Positions 1 through 9,232 of a DNA stretch of 16,104 nucleotides are shown here, piece by piece. The stretch's first letter is position 1; each line of letters starts with the position of its first letter. The DNA comes from Octopus sinensis (lineage: Eukaryota). Below the pieces are notes generated by a model that worked only from the letters and a program-made list of their open reading frames with translations, did not search any database and was not told the DNA's origin. The stretch lies in contig NW_021825300.1 of the NCBI RefSeq assembly GCF_006345805.1, positions 1-16,104 of the forward strand, read 5' to 3'. Both the position numbers and the translations under genes were made by a program.

Positions 1-16
1 TTTTTATATAACTGGA

Positions 17-44
17 TGTGCTTCTATATGTGTGCGTATGTAAG

Positions 45-75
<31 letters not shown>

Positions 76-167
76 AAGAGCATATTTTTCTCTTTGTGTG
101 TGTACGCATGTTTGTATATATATATTGTGTGTTTTTTGCGTGTGATATATTATGCACGTGTTTGTGC

Positions 168-200
<33 letters not shown>

Positions 201-852
201 ATATATACTAATGTGTGTGTGTGTGTACGTTTTTGTGGGGGGTGTATAAAGGCGGTGCTCTAGCATGGCCGCAGTCAAATTATTGAAACAAGTAAAAGAG
301 TATATGTGTGTGTGTCTGTGTGTGTTCATGTGCGTGCTTCGTGCTTGTATTTGTGTTTCTGTGTACTTCTGTTTTAATGTATGTATTTGTTTTTGTACAC
401 GTGTGTGTGTGTTTTTATGTGTTTGTGTGTGTGTGTGTGTGTGTTTGCGTGCGCATTTCTGTAACCAAGTTGTTCTGTTTCTTGTAGCAATATAGTGAAA
501 ATAGTCCAATCACTTATAACATCGATAATTTCAGAGTTGTTTTGTTGATTTTGTATAAGACTGTATGTATGTATGCATGGACGGATGTACGTGTGTATGT
601 ACATTTAAATATACTTACACACACACACATATATAGACATATATATATATACATATGTATGTGCGTATACAGTTTTTATATGTATATAAGGTATACGTAC
701 ATATGAGTATATATATAGATATATATATATTATATATATATATATATTAATATATATTTATATATATATTATATATAGCGAGAGCGAGAGAGATAGACAG
801 ATAAACGCAAATATGTATATATGTGTATATATATGTGGTGTGTGGGTGGGTG

Positions 853-892
<40 letters not shown>

Positions 893-955
893 CAAATATG
901 CATGCATGAAATGCTTACATGCGTACATGCTTATATACATATATATATAAATATA
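17..955. repeat. Mosaic (TA)n/(TG)n/(CA)n/(TATG)n microsatellite field, interrupted by a SINE tail at 247-300
   Basis: Alternating purine-pyrimidine dinucleotide runs visible directly. Confidence 0.95.
247..300 (+). mobile_element. SINE-A 3' tail only
   Basis: taaaggcggtgctctagcatggccgcagtcaaattattgaaacaagtaaaagag matches the reverse complement of the tail of the full copy at 3332-3753. Confidence 0.85.
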
Positions 956-1564
956 TTGATATTTAAGGTATTCCGAGTATTAGAGTATCAACTATGTTTA
1001 TACGATTTGACATATTTTTGGTTGATATCACTAACCACAACAATTGATCTCACTTTGAAATGATAAGGACCAAATCAGCTATTTACCTCTTTTACCAATA
1101 TCAGGAACTTTGAATCACTTGTTCGTAACTCACCTGAAATAATTAGTCCATGCTACCCCTGAATCAACAGAATGCTGAAGCGATGCCGGAGTATGCTGTA
1201 GTTTGCTTCAATCTTTGGGATAAATTTCAAAAGACGTTTATGAAATCATAAGCTTCATCTAGGAATATACGAAAAACCTTTTGATGTGAAGACCTCGATT
1301 CCTTGCAACTCGAATTAATCCATTTACAACACATATAACCCCCTGCAGGTTCTTAAACACTTGCAATAGACACATAGACTGTGGTAGCTCGACCTGCACG
1401 AAATAGCTGCCAGATTTTATTCAACTTACACCCTGTTATTTTAATAAAAGGATGATGTCTCTGATACGCAGAAAGAAAGATGAGTTTTATCGATCGGAGT
1501 GAATGGAATATTGCTTTTAGATTTTTGCACAAGACCAGGATTTCGCGTGGAGAGGCAAGTAGTT

Positions 1565-1725
1565 TGCATCGACTCCAGTCCTCAACTGGTACATATTCTA
1601 TCGAACCCGAAAGGATAAAAAAAACAAAGTTGACCTCGGCGAAATTTGAACTCAGAACATAAAGACGGGCGAAATTCTGCTAAGCGTTTTACCTGACGTG
1701 TTAACGACTCTGCCAAGTCGCTGTC
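1565..1725 (-). mobile_element. SINE-B, older diverged copy (tRNA-like head plus core)
   Basis: Homologous to 15580-15727 (atcgac..ccag...aactggtac...cgaaaggat...gacctcggcg..atttgaactcagaac...ctaagc...taacga.tctgcca). Confidence 0.85.
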
Positions 1726-2153
1726 ATAAGAGAGAACGAAAGAATGGGGAGTAAGAATGGAAAAAATAGGGGAGAGAAGGAGAAAAACGGAGAAAGAACG
1801 GCGGAAACGGTGGGAAATGATTTGAAACGAGTAAAAATATTACAAATGGATGAAGGAGAGAGAGAAATATGAAGAAAAGGGGATTGTTTGAATAAGCTGG
1901 ACTGAGTTAATTACTAGAGATGCGGGTAGAATATTTTCAATGTTTCTATATCAATAATATGATTGAAAGACGAAGGTAGATTGTAAAAGGTCATGTATAT
2001 GGATTATGAAATATATTGTTTCAAAGATGACTTATATATCGTGGTTTGTCTTCAAAACAGCGAGCAAGAAAAATGGAGACATATGAAGAGAGAATGAAGT
2101 AACTTTGATGTAACGAAAAAAAACTGATGTATGAAATACAATGTAGTACTGGA

Positions 2154-2470
2154 CTGGCATCCTGTCAGTTACGACGACGAGGGTCCCAGCTGATTTGATT
2201 AACGGAACAGCCCGCTCGAGAAATTAATGTGCAAGTGGCTGAGCACCCCTCAGACATACGTCCCCTTAACGTAGTTTTCAGGGAGATTCAAGGTGGCACT
2301 AAATGTGACATGTCTGGCTCTTTTAAATACAGGTGCTACTCGTTTTTGCCTGCTGGAGCAGCGTGAAATAAAGTTTATTGCTCAAGGAAACAACGCATTG
2401 CCGGAAATTGAACTCACGACATTACGATTGTTAGCCGAATACTCGAACTATTAAAGAGCGCACCTTCACG
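2154..2470 (-). mobile_element. SINE-C, apparently full length (tRNA head + CORE-like domain + unique tail), with target-site duplication
   Basis: Minus strand has a B-box (gagttcaatttcc) then a CORE-like segment (ccttgagcaataaactttatttcac). Flanked by tagtactgga (2144-2153) and taggactgga (2471-2480), 9/10 identical. Confidence 0.8.
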
Positions 2471-2610
2471 TAGGACTGGAACCGAAATGATAATTGTATG
2501 GTTTTATAAGTGACGGTATAACTTGGTTTAAGAAAACTGTGAAAAATTATCGAAGTTTTTGTTCATTGAACGTTTATAACGATGTTTCGGATATAGAAAC
2601 TAAATAATAT

Positions 2611-2679
2611 ATATACGGGTATAGCAAATATACGGGTATAGCAAATATACGGGTATAGCAAATATATACGGGTATAGCT
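2611..2679. repeat. 17-bp minisatellite (TATACGGGTATAGCAAA) x4
   Basis: cggg at 2616, 2633, 2650 and 2669; spacings 17, 17, 19. Confidence 0.95.
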
Positions 2680-3331
2680 AATATAGCCAATATAACTGCT
2701 GTAATAAAATAATTGAGCTACTTTATAATTTCTCACGCTATGGTATTTTATCGTTCCTTGCAGGAAATGTACGTCTATGTCTGAAAAATGAGATAATGTT
2801 GGAATTTCAATTCAACATATTCTGGTTGAGTAAGTTCTCGCGTTTCTCTCATGCATCAATCACAAAAGCTTGGATAATTTGTTTTAAAGCTTTAGCTTGA
2901 TTCCAAATTTTCCACATGTCGAGATTACAGTATTTTGTATTTCAAAGCCCGACTATATTTTGATAAATTAGTTCCTATGAATTTCATAAGGTGTCAGAAA
3001 GTGTATGTATGTAGATTATATCATAATATAAGCCTGCTAATTGTTAAACCAATTATTCTAATTATTACTTCATTTACTTGTGATTCTTCACTCAATAAAC
3101 TATAAAGCTTGTCAAAAAGCTCCGAGTCAACGGATATCAACCATGGTTTATATAATTACATCATTAAGCGGTATTAGGGAAAGCAGGAAGTGCAAGATGT
3201 CTTATTGTTAATGTTCAGCAAAGATTCAGCAAATTTGCTTGTAGTATCATAGCTTATTACGTGCAATGATTGCCAGCATACATACTTCAAAGTGTAGAAA
3301 TGTTCAAGCGATACAAGTCCTGACTGGAGGT

Positions 3332-3753
3332 TTACTCTCTTTTACTCTTTTACTCTTTTACTTGTTTCAGTCATTTGACTGCGGCCATGCTGGAGCACCG
3401 CCTTTAGTCGAGCAAATCGACCCCGGGACTTATTCTTTGTAAGCCCAGTACTTATTCTATCGGTATCTTTTGCTGAACCGCTAAGTGACGGGGACGTAAA
3501 CACACCAGCATCGGTTGTCAAGCAATGCTAGGGGGACAAACACAGACACACAAACACACGCACATATATATATATATATATACATATATATACGACAGGC
3601 TTCTTTCAGTTTCCGTCTACCAAATTCACTCACAAGGCATTGGTCGGCCCGGGGCTATAGCAGAAGACACTTGCCCAAGATGCGACGCAGTGGGACTGAA
3701 CCCGGAACCATGTGGTTGGTAAGCAAACTACTTACCACACAGCCACTCCTGCG
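3332..3753 (-). mobile_element. SINE-A, full length (tRNA head, CORE-like domain, internal microsatellite, 3' domain, short-repeat tail)
   Basis: Minus strand: A-box-like tggctgtgtgg, B-box ggttcagtccc, CORE-like tcttgggcaagtgtctt, tail (gtaaaaga)n. Collinear with four other copies in the window. Confidence 0.92.
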
Positions 3754-4012
3754 TAAAATAAACGTAAAATATTTTCATTACTACTGTTTTAATTTTCGTC
3801 AAGTTGAGTTTTTCTCTCTGTTGCAGATGTATGTCATTTTATATCTCTAATACCACTTCGTTTGAATGATCTCTTGCATTTCTGAATGAATGTTTGTCAT
3901 ATGAGTTTCTCGAAGGCCACAGCAAACGTTTCAGAATATCTTAAAGAATATCTGATGTGTTGCTTGAATTATGAATACAGTGTACAATTTCCGCAAGTTA
4001 TCAATAGGTGTG

Positions 4013-4251
4013 ATCCTTAAATCCTTAAAAATGTTTTAGCCCGGAGACCGCGGCCATGCTGGGGCACCACCGCTGAATGAGCTACACTAATATGTGAATC
4101 CACCTCTGATACGTGGCAGTTGACCAACAAGGGAGTTCGACGCTGCTGCCCGCATCATCTGCGTCTCCTGTCGTGAGGCAGGTTCATCTGGGACTCCCGA
4201 CAAGAAGAGATCCAGTTTAGCTTTAAAGAAACCCACATCCACACCATGTAA
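4013..4251 (-). mobile_element. 5'-truncated CR1/L2-group LINE: ORF2 C-terminus, 3'UTR and (TTTAAGGA)2 tail
   Basis: Minus frame 4251-4087 reads LHGVDVGFFKAKLDLFLSGVPDEPASRQETQMMRAAASNSLVGQLPRIRGGFTY*. The FKxKLDxFL..VPDEP...RAAxSNSL pattern is one I recognise from CR1/L2-group ORF2 C-termini. 8-mer tandem tail at 4014-4029. Clade assignment not searched. Confidence 0.75.
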
Positions 4252-4453
4252 GTGATAGTCAAAAATAACTAATTTTAATGTGATGGCAGGAAATTGTTAA
4301 GGTTAGCATTAAGTATTATTTTCAAGATTAAATCTTTAAATACATTAATGAGATTTAGCATAAATCTTTTGGTCTTTAGTTAGAAAAGATAACAAATATG
4401 AGAAGATGATGATAAGATAATCGTGTACATATGATACTTATTTTATATATATA

Positions 4454-4701
4454 TTCTTTACTCTTTACTTTTTTTACTTGTTTCAGTCATTTGAGTGCGG
4501 CCATGCTGGAGCACCACCTTTAGTCGAGCACATCGATCCCGGGACTTATTCTTTTGTAAGCCTAGTACTTATTCTATCGGTCTCTTTTGCCGAACCGCCG
4601 AGTTACGGGGACATAAACAATCTAGCATCGGCTGTCAAGCGATGTTGGGGGACAAACACAGACACACAAACATACACACACACACACACACATGTATATA
4701 T

Positions 4702-4777
<76 letters not shown>

Positions 4778-4949
4778 CATATATACGAAGGGCTTCTTTT
4801 AGTTTCCGTCTACCAAATCCCCTCACAAGGCTTTGGTCGGCGCGAGGCTATAGTAGAAGACATTTGCCCAAGGTGCCACGCAGTGGGACTGAACCCGGAA
4901 CCATGTGGATAGTAAGCAAGCTACTTACCACCCAGCCACTCCTGCGCCT
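4454..4949 (-). mobile_element. SINE-A, full length, with expanded internal (CA)n(TA)n of about 115 bp
   Basis: Collinear with 3332-3753 on both sides of the microsatellite; ends ...ccactcctgcgcct. Confidence 0.92.
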
Positions 4950-5121
4950 ATATATATATATATATAACATAGGATTATGAAACTTAATGTATTTTTTGAA
5001 ACGTCATTACAACATGTGCATAAAATGAAGTCAACATATGGGAATAAGCAAACACCGAAATTTACTTTCGGGTACAAAAAAAAAGAAGTAACTCCAGAAA
5101 CACAACAAATAGGTAATAATT

Positions 5122-5503
5122 TTTATCCTTTGCTCGTTTCAATCATTAGAGTGCGACCATGCAGGGGCACCGCCTCGAAGTGTTTTGAGTCGAGTGGATG
5201 ACTTCAGGCCCTTCTTTGGTTTCAGGCCTGGTACTTTTTCTTTCGGTCTCTTTTGCCGAACCGCTAATGTTACAGGGATGTAAACATACCGACATCGGTT
5301 GTCCAGTAATGGTGAGCGACAAGCACAGACATAAAGTCGCTCTCACCCCTCCCCCACGAATATATATTCGATGGGCTTCTTTCAGTTTCCGTCTACCAAA
5401 TCCCCTCACAAGGCTTTGGTCGGACTGAGTCTAGAGTAAGAAAAGACACTTCCCCAAGGTGCCACACAATGGGACCGAACTCAGAACCATGTAGTTGGGA
5501 AGT
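5122..5503 (-). mobile_element. SINE-A variant subfamily, diverged, 5' end (A-box) missing
   Basis: Shares tttccgtctaccaaatcccctcacaaggctttggtcgg and ttttgccgaaccgcta with other copies; has ggggcacc and a different linker in the tail region. Confidence 0.85.
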
Positions 5504-5575
5504 ATCTCGAAGCTATAAATAAACCTATAAAACAACGATGTGTAAATATTGAGCTAAAATAAAACCTCAGGATAG

Positions 5576-5664
5576 AAAAAGTCGAAGGCTTTCTCAAGAC
5601 TCGACCCCACACTTCTTGCAAACATGGCAGGTGTTCTACCATTGGGCCAAACGAAAACCTTCGA
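5576..5664 (-). pseudogene. Degenerate tRNA-like Pol III cassette (A-box, B-box, terminal stem, T5 terminator)
   Basis: A-box TGGCCCAATGG (5649-5639) is an exact TRGCNNARYGG match; B-box GGTCGAGTC (5606-5598) has one mismatch; anticodon-arm-like CCTGC-CATGTTT-GCAAG; 12-bp terminal stem; TTTTT at 5580-5576. D and T stems pair poorly, so it is not called a functional tRNA. Confidence 0.45.
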
Positions 5665-6084
5665 ATGTATTTCTTTTAAAATTTTTATTCTTCCAGCAAG
5701 AAATATCTGATGTTGTTGGAAGTATTTGCAAGCTTCAATGACGTTTTTGGTTCATGTCGTACAGGCAGCCTTTGACTTATGTATCCAAAGGATTTTTTTT
5801 ATATATATCCAATGCTTACACATTATCATTTATAGCTTTATCTGCTTCGGGATCCACCGTTCCAAAAAAGACTTATTTCATGTTCTCTCGAAGCTTGTAT
5901 TTTTAATGACGTCAGCGCAGTTAATGTTGTTTTTATACATGCATATATTTACATAAATAGATTTGTGTAATAATAAGAAGACAAAGGAATCTTTTAACAC
6001 ATCTTTAATGATTCTTTACGACTGTTTCTGTACCAGTCCTGCTTGCAACTACAGTTTACGCAAAAATTCGAAGTGAGAATTTAC

Positions 6085-6262
6085 GTAATGTATATATACA
6101 TACATACCTACATGCGTGTATGTGTGTGTGCGTGAGAGCGCGTGCGTGTGTGTATACACACACATACACACACACACAGAGTTACAGAGATACAGAGAGA
6201 GAGGAAGAGTAAGAGAGAAAGAAAGAGAGAGAGAGACAAAGAGAAAGAGAGAGAGAATGACA
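6085..6262. repeat. (TA)/(TG)/(CA)/(GA) compound microsatellite
   Basis: Direct inspection. Confidence 0.9.
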
Positions 6263-6306
6263 GTGAAGCTAATATTCAAATAACCGGAAGAAGCGGTCTG
6301 ACACTA

Positions 6307-6355
6307 AAATACAAATAATAATAATAATAATAATAACAACAACAACAACAACAAC

Positions 6356-6393
<38 letters not shown>

Positions 6394-6498
6394 TAATAAT
6401 AATGATAATAACAACAACAACAACACAACAACAACAGCAATAATAATAATAACAATAATAATAATAATAATAATAACAACAACAACAACAACAACAGC

Positions 6499-6542
<44 letters not shown>

Positions 6543-6558
6543 TAATAATAATAATAAT
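6307..6558. repeat. Compound trinucleotide microsatellite (AAT)n/(AAC)n with GAT/AGC variants
   Basis: Direct inspection; explains the poly-I/L/Y/C ORFs in the track. Confidence 0.97.
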
Positions 6559-6584
6559 GGTCATATATGTACATATATATATCA

Positions 6585-6725
6585 AAAGAGAGCGCGACAA
6601 TAGGGATGAGTGATAAGTGAGTGAGAGAAGGAGAGAGAGGTGGGAGAGAAAGAAGCATAAAGGGAAGAAGGGAGTAAAGGGAGAAAGAAAGAAGGAGAGA
6701 GAGGGGAGGGAGGTAGGGAGAGTAT
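6585..6725. repeat. Polypurine (GA-rich) low-complexity tract
   Basis: Almost pure A/G on the + strand. Confidence 0.85.
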
Positions 6726-7022
6726 AGTGAAGCGAAGTGACAGGTGAGATATAAATGTGTAGTAAATCTAGCGTGATTGTGTCAGTGGTCAGTTTATCGG
6801 ACATGATAGATTGCTGTTCCTTTAAATCACAGAAAGCAGGGGTCAAAGTTTAACCCACATTAGCCCCTTAAATAGCCCTATAAAAACATTCTCCTAAAAC
6901 ATCTTTATTTGCTTCGTAATTATTCTGGTCTTTCACAGGCACAAGATCTAGACACAGTTTGCGTTTTTTTTCTTTTTCTTATCATTTTTTCTTTTTGTTT
7001 TTCAAGAAAAACTTTCTTAAAA

Positions 7023-7109
7023 GCAGGCATGGATGTGTGGTTAAGATGCTCGTTCGGCAACCTCGTAGTTCCAAGTTCAATCTCACTGCGTAGCACATTG
7101 TCCAAGTGT
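7023..7109 (+). mobile_element. SINE-A head only (tRNA-like part and start of the CORE-like domain), ending in (CA)n
   Basis: gcaggcatggatgtgtggttaag...agttccaagttcaatctcactgcgtagcacattgtccaagtgt aligns to the 5' end of the full copies. Confidence 0.75.
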
Positions 7110-7182
7110 ACACACACACATATATGCATGTTCATTATGTACATTATTTACATTTGATGGATATGTGTCGTCATTTTTGTTG

Positions 7183-7215
7183 TTAACACAATGTTTCGAC
7201 TGCTATACCCTCCAG
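7183..7215 (-). ncRNA. 3' half of a Penelope-type minimal hammerhead ribozyme (remnant)
   Basis: Minus strand CUG-GAGGGUAUAG-CAG-UC-GAAAC-AU-U-GUGUU: partial stem II, GAAAC and cleavage-site layout as at 7886-7923. The CUGANGA half is absent. Confidence 0.35.
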
Positions 7216-7216
7216 G

Positions 7217-7312
7217 GTAAATAATGTAAATAATGTAAATAATGTAAATAATGTAAATAATGTAATAATGTAATAATGTAATAATGTAAATAATGTAAAT
7301 AATGTATATAAT
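7217..7312. repeat. 9-bp minisatellite (GTAAATAAT)n: five 9-mers, three 8-mers, two 9-mers, one variant
   Basis: Units counted directly. Confidence 0.97.
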
Positions 7313-7390
7313 TCCTCATCTCTTAAATACAGAACAGTATTATGCATGTTCATGTTTGTAAATACATACATACATACATACATACATACA

Positions 7391-7608
7391 TCTTTCCTCT
7401 TTTATTTGTTTCAGTCATTTGACTGCGGCCATGCAAAGAACACTGCCTTTTAGTTGAATAAATCAACCCCAGGACTTATTCTTTGGAAACCTAGTACTTA
7501 TTCTGTCGGTCTCATTTGCCGAACCGCTAAGTGACGGGAACGTAAAGACACCAACATCGGTTGTCAAACGATTGTGAGGACAAACACAACCGCACAAATA
7601 CATTCTAT

Positions 7609-7657
<49 letters not shown>

Positions 7658-7809
7658 GACGGGCTTCTTTCAGTTTCCGTCAACCAAATCCACTCAGAAG
7701 CCTTTGGTTATAGTAGAAATTACTTGCCCAAAGTGACACGCAGTGGAACTGAACCCGGAACCATGCGGTTGAAAAGCAAGCTTCTTATCACACAGCCACT
7801 CTTGCGCCT
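7391..7809 (-). mobile_element. SINE-A, full length, small internal deletion in the core
   Basis: Collinear with 3332-3753; ggtcggcccggggctatag is reduced to ggttatag. Confidence 0.92.
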
Positions 7810-7885
7810 GCCATGGTAGATCGCTAGCTCTTACACGCATATTTTTTCTCTCCTTGTTTCTCTCCTTGTTTTTTTTTTCTGCGTA

Positions 7886-7923
7886 TCTTTCTGTCGAAGA
7901 GCGTAGGCTCGAAACATAAAAGA
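7886..7923 (+). ncRNA. Minimal type I hammerhead ribozyme motif (Penelope-like element type), probably inactivated; lies in a ~190-bp presumed repeat fragment (about 7812-8006)
   Basis: UCUUU (stem I) CUGUCGA A GAGC-GUAG-GCUC (stem II) GAAAC AU A / AAAGA (stem I). Two deviations from consensus: A6 to U, and G16.2 to A. Confidence 0.7.
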
Positions 7924-8019
7924 CTTCTACTTCTATTCCTGAGCGCCATACTAATACAATTCTTTGTTTGTACTCCACCTGCCTTCGTCTTTTGTTTATT
8001 TTCGTAAACCTTCCCTACA

Positions 8020-8036
8020 TATATATATATATATAT

Positions 8037-8078
<42 letters not shown>

Positions 8079-8170
8079 ATTTTATTTATTTATATATTTA
8101 TTTATTTATATATAATATTTATTTATTTATATATATATGTATATATATATTTATTTATTTATAATATATA
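8020..8170. repeat. (TA)n/(TTTA)n microsatellite
   Basis: Direct inspection. Confidence 0.95.
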
Positions 8171-8304
8171 GGAGGGGAAACAAAGAAATGAAAAATAAGT
8201 GGATAGAATTACCAGTTTATTTGTATGTTACAAAAAAATGACATTTAAGAAAAATAACAGTGAAAATAAATTGGTTAGAAGTTGAAAGTTGAAAGAAAAA
8301 TATA

Positions 8305-8451
8305 TATTTCTTTACTACCCACAAGGGGCTAAACACAGAGAGGACAAACAAGAACAGACAAACAGATTAAGTCGATTACATCGACCCCAGTGCGTAACTG
8401 GTACTTAATTTATCGACCCCGAAAGGATGAAAGGCAAAGTCGACCTCGGCG
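8305..8451 (-). mobile_element. SINE-B young-type module, 5'-truncated, standalone
   Basis: Near-identical to the reverse complement of 10535-10679, including the unique tail (..tttagccccttgtgggtagtaaagaaata). Confidence 0.92.
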
Positions 8452-8754
8452 ATGGTAAAAAGAAAGAAAAGAATCTACATATATGTTTCAGTCGTATCAT
8501 CCTGTTGATGGGAATTTCAAAGCATTTTATTTAATGCTAAGGAAGTTGCCATATTCAAAATATATGATGGAAGGACTTCGTCAGGGCTCATGTAGAGCTC
8601 ATACAACTTAGGTAATCATTCTGTCTTACTTATGGAAACATGATGTGTAGTAAGTCGATGAGATTCGAACCAGGGATGTGAAGATGTGAAATTATGGAAA
8701 GGGCAGATAGACTTCACTCGCCTCTGCTAAAATCTATAGGAGCATAATCATTAA

Positions 8755-8990
8755 TGGTCTCTCTCTCTCTCCCTCCCTAATACACACACGCATACATGTG
8801 CGTGTGCGCACACGCACACACAGACCACATGTATGTAGACTCGTTTTATGAGCTCACTAAATTTTAAGATGCATGGAAGCAAGTCAACTTATTAAATAAT
8901 ATATGTACACACACGTACGTACACATATATACACACACACGCATATATATATATATTAATGATATATGTACACACACATACGTACACATA

Positions 8991-9037
<47 letters not shown>

Positions 9038-9232
9038 GTTCTATGAGAGAGCGTGTGTGTGTATATGTATACGTACATTCAGATATGTATGCGTTTAATG
9101 TATACACACAGATATCTATATGTATTTGTTAATGTACATATGCATATATATGTGTGCGTGTGTGTGTGTGTGTGTGTATAGGTGTCTGTTTATATACATA
9201 TATGTGGTGTATGTTTGTGTGCGCGCATATAT
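8755..9232. repeat. (CT)/(CA)/(TA)/(TG) mosaic microsatellite field
   Basis: Direct inspection. Confidence 0.9.

Noticed and set aside
1385-1452. Segment (and 11660-11750) resembling a further octopus repeat I recall
   Set aside because: There is no second overlapping copy in the window and the match rests on memory only; needs RepeatMasker or BLAST.
6269-6846. Long poly-I/L/V/Y/C ORFs (up to 180 aa)
   Set aside because: They are stop-free only because of the (AAT)/(AAC) repeat; no coding evidence.
8492-8611. 120-nt AG...GT segment with one open frame ending in TAG at the donor
   Set aside because: Weak polypyrimidine tract, unrecognised peptide, and 39 open codons is unremarkable given the number of frames inspected.
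8655-8735. Minus-strand B-box (ggttcgaatctc) with a possible A-box
   Set aside because: No stems, no terminator and no homology to the window's SINEs; too little support.
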